Source: Eledone cirrhosa (lineage: Eukaryota). From it: DNA of 64,000 bases. Position numbers and translations under genes: made by a program. The DNA lies in NCBI GenBank assembly GCA_964016885.1, contig OZ024741.1:166284001-166348000 (forward strand), read 5' to 3'. Below, piece after piece: positions 1 through 10,737 of the stretch. The notes under the pieces are model-generated. The model was given only the letters and a program-made list of their open reading frames with translations, did no database searches and was not told where the DNA came from. Position 1 is the first letter of the stretch; each line of letters starts with the position of its first letter.

Positions 1-63
1 AGATATTTATCTCAATATCCATGCGCAGAATTTCTGGTATTGTATTCTGGTTTTAGAAAGATG
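1..63 (+). CDS. Possible host-gene exon (3' part), product unknown
   Basis: Unique sequence open in frames 1 and 2, ending at a strong donor ATG|GTAAGT at 63/64. Confidence 0.3.
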
Positions 64-431
64 GTAAGTATTGTACATCATATATTGTTAGGGGTATGCT
101 ACTTCGCATGATCAGGTAGAAAAGTGAATAAGTTGCTATGGAAAGTTGAAATTGATTGAAATAATACCAAATAATGAATGTATGTATTTATGTAACCTTA
201 GGTTAAAATCCTATGTATTATTAGCAAGCCAAAGGAAATAATACACCCCGAACAATATGTGGCTTAACATATTTCCAAAGTCAGAATTCAATACTGGAAA
301 CTTCCCGGAAAGAAAACCATAATTCATATAAATCATATATATTCAAGTGAAAATTTGATCTTCAAGTCAACCAATGATTATTCGCAATCCGAAAATCGAT
401 TAAAGGTGTTTATCATTTTTTCAATTTACAG

Positions 432-464
432 GGAAATTCGTATCTGGCATGTTTACATGACATG
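432..464 (+). CDS. Possible 33-nt host micro-exon
   Basis: Acceptor TTTTTTCAATTTACAG| and donor ATG|GTAAGC; length divisible by 3; reads GNSYLACLHDM in frame with 1-63 (RYLSQYPCAEFLVLYSGFRKM). Confidence 0.4.
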
Positions 465-550
465 GTAAGCCTACATATTAAATATGTGAATGTATTTATA
501 CATGTTGGTGCAGTCTCGGTTACACACTCTGTATTTATACAGATATAACT

Positions 551-1230
551 AATATAGCTGTATACATATAAGTATGTGTATTTTGTATATCTAGTGATAT
601 ACAGTATGTTTACGAATAAACATTTTGAAAGCCTTTAGCTATGAATTTGGAAACTGATGACATAGTGCTATCTAGTGGATTCCAACAGAAGCAAGGGCGG
701 GTAACTGACAACGACGTCGTTTCTGACTCTGGTCATTATCAAGTCAGTACTCCCTTACTCTGCTCTCTGCTGGAACTCAATGTAGGCGAAAACATTTAGT
801 TTTGACATCATCCACTAGATGGCTCTACACCATCAATTTCCAAATTCATAGCTTAAGGCTTTCAAAATGTTTATTCATAAATATACTGTATATCGCTAGA
901 TATACAAAATACACATTCTTATATGTGTACAGCTATGTTGGAGTGAACACCTTAATTCTATTTTCAGGCCGAACCGGCCGACATCTCCATATGCAAATGA
1001 AGCTAATCATCCCATGTACATAAGTGTCAAATCTGTATGTTTTCGCCTATATTGAGTTCCAGCAGAGAGAAGGGTAAAGGAGCACTGACTTGATTACGAC
1101 CAGAGTCAGAAACGACGTCGTCATCAGTTATCCACTCGTTGCCTCTACTGGAATCCGCTAGATGGTGCTACGTCATCAGTTTCAAAATTAATAGCTGAAG
1201 GCTTTCAAAATGTTTATTCCTAAACATATC
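551..1230. repeat. Diverged nested inverted repeats (fold-back/MITE remnants)
   Basis: 810-938 is the reverse complement of ~553-680; 1025-1230 is the reverse complement of ~607-807; sequence resembles the termini of the fold-back at 41351-41786. Confidence 0.75.
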
Positions 1231-1482
1231 TTATCCTAAATGGACGGTAGTCCGTTTAGTAATATTGTTGTGGTCGTGTTTTCGTTGGCAATCGTCTGTT
1301 TACGACAGTACAGCGCGGCTCTACTTTATTTAACTGAGATAAAACTTATATGAGCATGAACAGTAGATCATTACGCATCTTTTGGCTTAAAAATCTAGAA
1401 ATTTGGTCCAGCGGGAAAAAGTTTATAATCAAAGTTTGCTGATAAATCTTGTGTTCAAGTGAGTGAGTAGTAAGCGTGACGC

Positions 1483-1612
1483 TAGGGGAGGTAATCCAGA
1501 AATGACGAATCTTTTTCGGCGGAACTCTTGTGATTGTGATTACGTTAGTCAAATGTAGTCAAATCGCCGAATCTCCTCCTCCTAATTGACTACGTCATTT
1601 CTGAACGGCCCT
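1483..1612. mobile_element. Possible PIF/Harbinger-type MITE remnant
   Basis: Imperfect TIRs ...CAGAAATGACG / CGTCATTTCTGAACGGCCCTA. Confidence 0.35.
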
Positions 1613-2174
1613 ACTTGCGTCAGTGTGAAACATTACTTCACTTTTCACTGCTAAAATGCTTTTTAAATACTTCGTTAAAAATTTATGTTTATTATCAAAG
1701 CTATTTTTTGTACCAATCTATCAATAGTTTGCGAAAATATAGGTAAACATGTGAGTTAAATTTTTTTTAATCGCATCGATCGCTTTGTCGCATCCAACTG
1801 TGACACTGTCTGACTGTCTGTCTGACTGACACCTTTGTCGGACCGACACCTTTGTTCAAGCGGACAACTTTGTGTCACTGACACCTTTGTTCGTGCCGGC
1901 ATCTCTGCGAAACAGCGATGACAACAACCAGACCAAAATTTCACTTCATTCTTCATTCTTCTTCAAGACCGATCGCATCGGTTGCTCTTCATATACCAGG
2001 TATTCAACAGATAGTTTGCACTTCTAGTATTATTAACAGTCGTGTGATTTTTTGTACCGATAGGTGCGAATAGTGCGCTATATTTTTGTACCGATAGGTG
2101 CGAATAGTGCGATAGGTGCGAATAGTGTACAATATTTTCTGAGATTTGCATCCACTAATTTCGCTTAATTAAAA

Positions 2175-2952
2175 ATGATGTTTCGCGGCTTTTTGATCGG
2201 CTTATTCATTTTTTCCATGGCACGGAAATGGAGTATTTCCATTTCGAATCAAAACTTTTCACTAAAATCGGGCAATTGGACTGATCAAATTCACATTCAT
2301 GCCAGTTTTTACAAATCCATAATTAGAAATGTGGCGAAATCGAATGACCAGAAGGTATAAAAATATTAATTCAAATGTATTTACTTATTATACCAACAAA
2401 AATACTTAGATATTTTGTATACCTGGGGCCCGTCAGGGCCAGGTAATGTTAATCGCCAACATTGTTATCTGTTGTCCTTTTGTGAAAGTATTGGTGGTTC
2501 ATGTCGGCTCTAATGATCTGAATCCTCGTCGCACCGTTGGCACTACAAAGCTGTGCAAAGTAATACAATAATTTTTGCCCAAGTATTTTTTATTAATCAT
2601 TTATTTGTAAATTAAGGACAAAGTGCCCATTCGAGGCACAAAACCGGAAAAACAGGGGAAGAGTCTCTTTGCAAGGCTACAGAAAATAGCGGAAAAGCAC
2701 CACTGAACAGTCATTCCACGTCCACAAAGTGTAATTGAAAATAAAAATGACTTGGGCAAGAGAAATTCTCGTTTGGAAAAGTGTAATTACTGCATGAAAG
2801 AAATGATTCAAAAATTGAACTTGCCCAATCTTCACAACATTGAAAATTGGTTAAAATTTGACAAATCTGACTTCAAACCAGATATGATTCATTTGAACAA
2901 TGTTGGAAATCTTAAATTGACACAAATTTTTGCCAATGTTTTTGCCACCTGA
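2175..2952 (+). pseudogene. Spliced SGNH/GDSL-type esterase gene, probably disrupted
   Basis: Removing phase-0 GT-AG introns 2355-2409 and 2560-2616 joins KSIIRNV (block I-like), CIPGAR (block II), VVHVGSNDL (block III), VIPRP and DMIHLNNVG (block V). One in-frame TGA at 2704-2706; AATAAA at 2990-2995. Confidence 0.7.
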
Positions 2953-3132
2953 TCCTTGTTCTATGGCTGACTGACTAATTTTGTGACTTAATAAAATGTC
3001 ATCATACTAGTAATGCACAATGGTCATTTTTAAATTTAAATTTTATTAAATAGTTGTTGCTTGCATTGCCTTAAAATAGTAACAAGAATGTACACATACT
3101 TTTTAAAAATACATCATTATCAGTCAAATCAG

Positions 3133-3492
3133 TCAAATGTCACTAAAAGCCAGGTGGTCGATAACAACTTCTATAAGATTAGTTACATGCTCACACATTG
3201 GATCACCTCTCATCAATGGCATTGGGTGTCTGAGATAATCGTGGAGATAACTGATGAAGTCACAAATGAAGTGATGGTCTTCCAGTGTGAACAACTCCCT
3301 ATATCTATTGATATATGTGATTGCTTCCGATTCATAGGTGCATTTTATGAGGAATTCCATGCATCCGATTTTCAGTGATTCAATGGGCATTTCATCAGAG
3401 ATGATAAGGTATTTGACCACGTTTTGCTTTGTAAGTAAATTGGAGAGAATCACTGCAGTCAAAGTCATTTCTTTGCATGGGTTTTTGTCCAT
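3133..3492 (-). CDS. Orphan 119-aa ORF with a 5'-UTR intron
   Basis: Non-repetitive open frame; GTAAGT...TTTTTAG intron (3536-3494) ends 1 nt before the ATG; AATAAA on the minus strand near 3045; convergent with the SGNH gene. Confidence 0.45.
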   Translation of the reverse strand: MDKNPCKEMTLTAVILSNLLTKQNVVKYLIISDEMPIESLKIGCMEFLIKCTYESEAITYINRYRELFTLEDHHFICDFISYLHDYLRHPMPLMRGDPMCEHVTNLIEVVIDHLAFSDI

Positions 3493-3765
3493 TCTAAAAA
3501 GTTAAAATGATAAAGTATTACTACTATATAACTTACATCTATTGTTGTGACACCATTGAAATGCACAAGTTTCACCAATTCACTATTATGCACTAATCAT
3601 CTCAAATGCATTCATGATTTACTAGCTTTGTCATTAAGCCAGTTGCCTCAACTAGATTGCAATTATACTCAAAAGAACTTTAAAATGTCAAGCACTTGTC
3701 AGTAATTCACTATGATCATTTAATTATTAGATAGTTGTTGCTTGCATTGCCTTAAAAAATAGTAG

Positions 3766-4865
3766 ACCAGATAGAAAAATGCGTACAGCAAAAAAAAGTA
3801 ATATTGTTGGAATATAAACCTTTAAAAATACAGGACAAGAAACTAAAATAAAACTTTAAAAGAATAGGACAAGAAACTAAGATAAAACTTTAAAAGAATA
3901 GGACAAGAAACTAAGATAAAACTTTAAAGAATTGGACAAGAAATAGAAAATGTTACCATAATATTAGTGGCAAAATTTTTTTATTCGTTTCCTGTGCTAT
4001 GCCCCAGTATCTTCTTGATTAGTGCATAATAATTGTCATGCTCTCATTGTGCGTTGCCCCTGAGCGGTTGGTTCTGGTTGGGGTTGGTTGGCTGAGCAGT
4101 TCTGCTCCGTCAGAATGACCATTGCAAGAAGAATTGGACGATGCAGCTGCAGGTCTCCTCCAAGAATGCACTTCTGGTCCCGCAACACCAGACGAAGATG
4201 GAGAAGACGACCGGGACAAGATGTCGACTCTGACCACCGACTACGGCACCTCCCTCAACCACCGGTCCTCCCTCCCTCTGTCCCGTCATCCCTCCAGTCC
4301 TCCTGCTCCCCCTTCCTGTACCAGAAAGCTGTGCCACGCATTCATCTGGACTGCCGGACTTGAACTCAAGGACAAGATGCAAGGAGAAGATGGATGGGTT
4401 GGTCAAGATCAAGGATGAGCGGGACGACAAGACCGTCCGCTGCTGCTCAAGATCTGTGCTCATGGGCCCATGGGTCCATTCACATTATGCATGACACATG
4501 AGGCGTGTCGCCGAATGATGAAATAAGGGTATGGTTATGGCCCAATTGGTGTTCAAACCAGGATCAAATTCCCCCCCCCCCCCGGTCTGACGACGACCTC
4601 TGAATGTGGGACCCAGAGCCTATGAATGTGGAACTCGATTTTTTACCAATAAAAATTTTGCCACTAATATTATGGTAAAATTGTTTATTTCTTGTCCAAT
4701 TCTTTAAAGTTTTATCTTAGTTTCTTGTCCTATTCTTTTAAAGTTTTATCTTAGTTTCTTGTCCTATTCTTTTAAAGTTTTATTTTAGTTTCTTGTCCTG
4801 TATTTTTAAAGGTTTATATTCCAACAATATTACTTTTTTTTGCTGTACGCATTTTTCTATCTGGT
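3766..4865. mobile_element. Non-autonomous DNA transposon with ~220-bp TIRs (possibly CMC/EnSpm-like)
   Basis: 3766-3985 and 4648-4865 are near-identical inverted copies, each with tandem 34-bp units (AGGACAAGAAACTAAGATAAAACTTTAAAAGAAT); GC-richer internal region. Confidence 0.7.
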
Positions 4866-5613
4866 ATATATATGCTCGACGAAACCTTACATTTGTTGGA
4901 GCGTCCGTCCGATAAAATGCTTGTGGTGTTCGTTTCGCATTTCTGTCCGCTCTGAGACAAACGTTACTGAATAAAGGATAGTACAGAACTAGTCTTCCTG
5001 CCAGTCTCTGAGAAGGGGCATAATTAGTATCCTTCCTTCTTCTAACACCAAATTTAAAACAAAACCGTAATTAATGGGTAATTCAGATAAGAACACACCC
5101 AAGCTATACCTAGACTCATAACTGAAGTCAACACAACAAAATATTTGTGAGAGTTTATTCGTTTATTCAGAAGAAAATTATGGAAAATTAATTAAACTCT
5201 ATGGACAGAAACGTAAATAGAAACAAGCCTGAAGCTAGCATGAATAACATATCTAGGATGACCTTCAATGGAAATATATATGAAACTCGCAACTCGTTTA
5301 TGACAGATAAATCTAGAAACTTATATATTATTCATCCATCGATGTTTACAAAAACTTTCTGATATTTTGACCTTTTGCGTGACAGATGAGTTTTAAGAAA
5401 TGAATCCTCATACCAATGCATAGTTTTCAGTCTATTTTTAGGTGTATATTAATAAAATCGGTTTGCTAAGAAACTAGCATGTACTGATGACGTATTTCAA
5501 TTGATGGGTTACAGTTCTGACAAAGGCCTTATCCGAGGTTATAATTTCAACCAAAATAGATGATTCACCAAAAATCTATTATTTTCCAGACTATAAACCC
5601 AAACCAATGATTT

Positions 5614-5810
<197 letters not shown>

Positions 5811-5901
5811 ATATTATACTCCAGAAAAACTGTCGAGTGCTCTGAATCAGTTATAAGCATTTATATTTGTCGAATTACCAACAAATTGAATATCCCTTTT
5901 G

Positions 5902-5947
<46 letters not shown>

Positions 5948-6034
5948 GATACAGGGAGTGTATAGAGATAGGTAAAATCCCGACCGAGATCAGGATTTTA
6001 TTTCCCTCTCTCTTTTTATACACACACACGCACG

Positions 6035-6136
<102 letters not shown>

Positions 6137-6357
6137 CAAGGGATAACAAAATATCGTTATAGGTAATCCAGTTAGAGGTTGTGAATACTTCGTATTGTGG
6201 ATAGTTTTAGCGTACGGCGTTGTTTAACTCAACAAAAGGTTTCCGTAGGTGGCGAGTTTATGAGTTCTCTTGCATTCCTATGTAAGTTTGTCTTGGAGTA
6301 ATAATATTGAAAGAGTTAAGGATACCATGGTCAACACTAGAAAAAAGGCTTTTATTT

Positions 6358-6469
6358 ACAGTCTTAACAATTGTTTCACTGATTAAGTTGTCTAAAAATT
6401 GCTGAACACTTGAAGCTGTGCCACTCAATTTTAAATACGTTGTTAGCTTAACCAGCTCATCAGAACTGT
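6358..6469 (-). ncRNA. Type I hammerhead ribozyme with long stem II insert
   Basis: CTGATGA, stem II GCTGGTTAAG/CTTAATCAGT around an insert, GAAAC-AATT-GTT, stem I strand AAGACTGT. Confidence 0.7.
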
Positions 6470-6825
6470 TAAAATATGCTCAGTTTCAACAAATTCAAAT
6501 TACAACATCATTAATAACTTACAATTAATTAATTAATTAAATAATTAATTAATTAATTAATTATTTAACTAATTTATTAAAGTAACCAATACATACATGA
6601 ATATATTTAACATTTTCATGTTTATACCATCATATCTCTATATTTTAACCACCAACACCACAACTCCTCTCAATAATCATACTGTTTACTTTTCTTCGCA
6701 TATATATAAACATTTTTTATTTATTTTTTATCATATTTTGTATTGTTTTTTTTATCATCCTCGATGTAACTTGTTTATTAGCATTTATTCATTTATTGTT
6801 ATTATCATTGTTTTCCCTCTATTTT

Positions 6826-7122
6826 TCTTTATTTTTATTTTTATTTTTATTTTTATTTTTATTTTTATTTTTATTTTTATTTTTATTTTTATTTTTATTT
6901 TTATTTTTATTTTTATTTTTATTTTTATTTTTATTTTTATTTTTATTTTTATTTTTATTTTTATTTTTATTTTTATTTTTATTTTTATTTTTATTTTTAT
7001 TTTTATTTTTATTTTTATTTTTATTTTTATTTTTATTTTTATTTTTATTTTTATTTTTATTTTTATTTTTATTTTTATTTTTATTTTTATTTTTATTTTT
7101 ATTTTTATTTTTATTTTTATTT
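6826..7122. repeat. (ATTTTT)n hexamer array followed by (CT)n
   Basis: Pure tandem repeat between two inverted HHR-bearing arms. Confidence 0.95.
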
Positions 7123-7207
7123 CTCTTTTTCTTTTTCTTTTCTTTTTCTCTTCTCTTTCTCTCTGTCTTTTTCTCTATATCTTTTTCTTTTTTCTTTTTT
7201 CCTTTTT

Positions 7208-7279
<72 letters not shown>

Positions 7280-7387
7280 CCTCTCTCTCCTCCTCTCTCT
7301 CTCTCTCCCCCTCTCTCTCTCCCCCCTCTCTCTCTCTTTCTTTATTAATGATGTTGTAATTTGAATTTGTTGAAACAGCATATTTTA

Positions 7388-7502
7388 ACAGTTCTTCTGA
7401 TGATCTGGTTAAGCTAACAACGTATTTAAAATTGAGTGGCACAGCTTCAAGTGTTCAGCAATTTTTAGACAACTTAATGAGTGGAACAATTGTTAAGACT
7501 GT
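7388..7502 (+). ncRNA. Inverted copy of the 6358-6469 HHR (GAAA mutated to GGAA)
   Basis: Part of arm ~7343-7540, which mirrors ~6340-6516. Confidence 0.6.
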
Positions 7503-7535
7503 AAATAAACCCTTTTTTGTACTGTTGGCCACTTT

Positions 7536-7583
<48 letters not shown>

Positions 7584-7656
7584 TTATCCCGGGTTCAATC
7601 GGGGCTAACCACAGTAACTAAGGTACTCAATACATAAGAGAGTATAAATATTTGAT

Positions 7657-7722
7657 ATAGAAATGGTTTCCTGATGATTTGTCCCGAATGAAACAGTTCT
7701 TGTCCTGTAGAAGCCATTTCTA
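7657..7722 (+). ncRNA. Type I hammerhead ribozyme
   Basis: TAGAAATGGTTTC-CTGATGA-short stem II-GAAA-CAG..CTG-TA|GAAGCCATTTCTA; family members at 33.3 kb and 46.4 kb. Confidence 0.75.
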
Positions 7723-7744
7723 TATTAAAAATATATATATATAT

Positions 7745-7965
7745 ATTGTTATACTTTGGGAGGGTCATGTTGCCAATAAGAAACACACGCACCAGTTACT
7801 ATAAATTTCCGGTTGGTTGGTTGGTTGGTTCCACAACCAGATGATTGTTTATATATTGTCAAAGTTCTTTCGTCACACATTCTGTGACCTCTTCAGTGAC
7901 TGGGGATTCTTTTCTTTGTTTTTGTGCCTCTCCTTTGTTCTGTCCTACGCCATCTTGTTTTGTAT
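7745..7965 (-). mobile_element. Solo pseudo-LTR fragment of the 22-25 kb PLE family, with HHR at 7858-7900
   Basis: Matches 22270-22540; flanked by (TA)n. Confidence 0.85.
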
Positions 7966-8647
7966 ATATATATACGTGCGCGCGCACGCACACACAAACA
8001 CATACATATGTATATATAATAAATCCAGGAATTCTGAAGGTATTAAAGGCACGTCTCTCAACAACCATTATCACTATGTTTAGATGTTTTGTTTTTTCTC
8101 TCAAAGAGGTTTTATTCGCTTACACTATTTATGTATTTAATGTCTCTCAAGATACAAATGATATGTAGAATTATGTGTTAAGGTGGGTTATTGGGTCTTA
8201 TGCGCCTATTTTACTATGAGGATTTGCTGTTATATGCTATAATGCAGTCTAATAAAATTCTTCCAATTACCATATTATTCACATTTCATCCGTTGAAACA
8301 AAGTGTCTTCAATTCCTTCAGAATCCCTAGATTTATTATTCAAATGTGTATTTACACTCATATACTTACCAAATGTTTTAATCCTTAATTCTATATCAGA
8401 GACTCTCAAAATCCCCACCCCCAGGCGGGGTGGAGGCGTTAAGAAGGTTCAGGTGGCGCTGGGGCCTAAGGGGGTGGGGCAGTAGAGAAGATATAATAGT
8501 ATATTAAATATCAAATGACACATATTATATATAGCTGAATCACTCGGCATTGCCCAGGTTACTGCTGTTCTTATTCAGATTAGTAAACAATAAATATGAA
8601 AATATATTTTTTTTCATAATGATTTCAAAATATTATAATCCTTGCAA

Positions 8648-8870
8648 GGGCGGTGGATTGGCAGTATCGGTAGATGGTCGAACGCCATGCTTTTCAGCAA
8701 AGAGTTACGGCCCTTTATGATCTGAGTTCAAATTCCGCTGAGGTTAACTTTGCCTTTCATCCTTACGGGGTTGATAAAATAAAGTACCAGTCACGCACTG
8801 GGGTCGATTTAATCGACTTACCCCTCCTCCAAAATTGCTGGCCTTGTGCCTATATAAGAAACCATTATAA
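8648..8870 (+). mobile_element. tRNA-derived SINE with Deu/Nin-like core
   Basis: A-box-like TGGCAGTATCGG, B-box GAGTTCAAATT, core GCCTTTCATCCTTACGGGGTTGATAAAATAAAGTACCAG; many copies in this window. Confidence 0.85.
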
Positions 8871-9039
8871 TCCTTGCAATAACGTCTGTTAATTCTGTTG
8901 AGTTTTCCTCCTGCTACATTCAGATCTCACACAAGGGGAGATAATATGAGTTTTAAGAAGAGTTTAGTTTTTGACAGAACTGTTTTTGAGATCATAGCAC
9001 ATGACTCATGGGCAAACCTGATGAGCCACCTGTTGAACT

Positions 9040-9692
9040 ACCTGGTGAGATACCTGGTTAGCCATCTGGTTACACATCTGGTTAGACATATAGGGAACCA
9101 TCTGGTTAGCCATATGGTTAGACACCTAATGACATCTGGTCAGACATTGTTAAGCATCTGGTCACCTAGTTAGATACCTCTTTGGATACCTGGTTAGACA
9201 CCTTATTAGACATCTGGCTAGACAACTGGTTAGATATCTTTTTAGACACAATCTCTAACCACATCTGGTTAGAGATCGGCTTAGACACTCGGTTAGATAC
9301 CGAGTTAGACATCTGGATAGACACCTGATTAAATATCTATTTATACATCTGGTTAGACATCTATCTAGACATGTGGTTAGACATCTGGTTAGGCATCTGG
9401 TGTGACATCTGGTGTGACATCTGGTTAGATATATGGTGTGACATCTAGTGTGACATCTGGTTAGACATCTGGTGTGACATCTGGTTAGTTATCTGGTTAG
9501 TTATCTGGTTAGATATCTGGTTAGACATCTGGTTAGATATCTGGTGTGACATCTGGATAGACATCTGGTTAGATATCTGGTGTGATATCTGGTTAGATAT
9601 CTGGTTAGACATCTGGTTAGATATCTGGTTAGACATCTGGTGTGACATCTGGTTAGATATCTGGCTAGACATCTGGTTAGACATCTGGATAG
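9040..9692. repeat. 12-bp minisatellite (ACATCTGGTTAG)n
   Basis: Tandem units with variants ATATCTGGTTAG and ACATCTGGTGTG; more homogeneous toward the right end. Confidence 0.95.
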
Positions 9693-9922
9693 CAAGGCAC
9701 CTCAAGACCGAAGCCAACCAGTTATAATATAGGAAGTGTTGAAATCATTTTAATCTTTGGTTTGAAAATATGTAGACAGGGAAAGAAAAAGAATAGAGGA
9801 AATAAGAACGCAGAGAGAGAAAGAGAAAGAGTGTGTGTGTGAGAGAGAGAGAGAGGGGCAGAGAGAGAGTGTGTGTGTGTGTCCATGTGTGTGTGAGAGA
9901 GAGTGTGTGTATGTGTGTGCGA

Positions 9923-9955
<33 letters not shown>

Positions 9956-10362
9956 TGTGTGTGCGAGAGAGAGAGTGTGTGTGTATGTGAGTGTGTGAGA
10001 GAGAGAGAGTGTGTGTGTATGTGAATGTGTGAAAGAGAGAGGGGGAGACGGAAAGTCTGTGTGTGTGTGTGTGAAAGAGAGAGAAGCATCACCTGATTCC
10101 AGAAATGAAATTATGAGCTGTTATAACGAAACATAAATCAAAGTTAGTTCTCTCTTCCTGCACATACAGGGTTGTGAGGGGAGGGAGACATGTTTCTTCA
10201 ATAAACCTAAAACATTGTTTTCACAGTATGATTGGTAGAGTATCAAATATGTCTTCATCTTTGTTAAACAATGAGATATGGAAACCATTCCTGTCAGCTG
10301 AGGTACCTAAATCAAGATCTGATAAGACACACATACTCTCTCCCTCACACGCGTGTACACAC

Positions 10363-10453
<91 letters not shown>

Positions 10454-10641
10454 AACACATTCCTTTTTTTTAATTTTTTTTTTAATTGAGTTTGAATTAT
10501 TTTCCCCACATCTTACGTTAACTATTTTTCCATTTTGACGTTATAGTCATTTATATATTATGAAATACTGTTGGCTTCTTTGCTCACAATAATTTCTATA
10601 CTTTCATTTATACATTCACATATATATATATATATATATAT

Positions 10642-10722
<81 letters not shown>

Positions 10723-10737
10723 AGGTAGATAGATAGA

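Larger units (their letters stand above)
8531..9734 (-). mobile_element. Possible non-autonomous Helitron carrying a minisatellite
   Basis: Minus strand starts TCCTATATTATAA (compare TCCTATA at 26223) and ends with degenerate CTGGGCAATGCCGAG...CAGCTA, like the Helitron 3' hairpin at 30307-30334. Confidence 0.45.

Noticed and set aside
2704-2706. In-frame TGA as selenocysteine
   Set aside because: No SECIS recognised; the position looks like a deletion junction.
8648-8740. SINE heads as tRNA genes
   Set aside because: A and B boxes only; no cloverleaf, and followed by SINE core.
9040-9692. Minisatellite as CRISPR array, telomeric repeat or SNQM-repeat protein
   Set aside because: No unique spacers; only GGTTAG is shared with TTAGGG; the ORFs follow from the 12-bp period.
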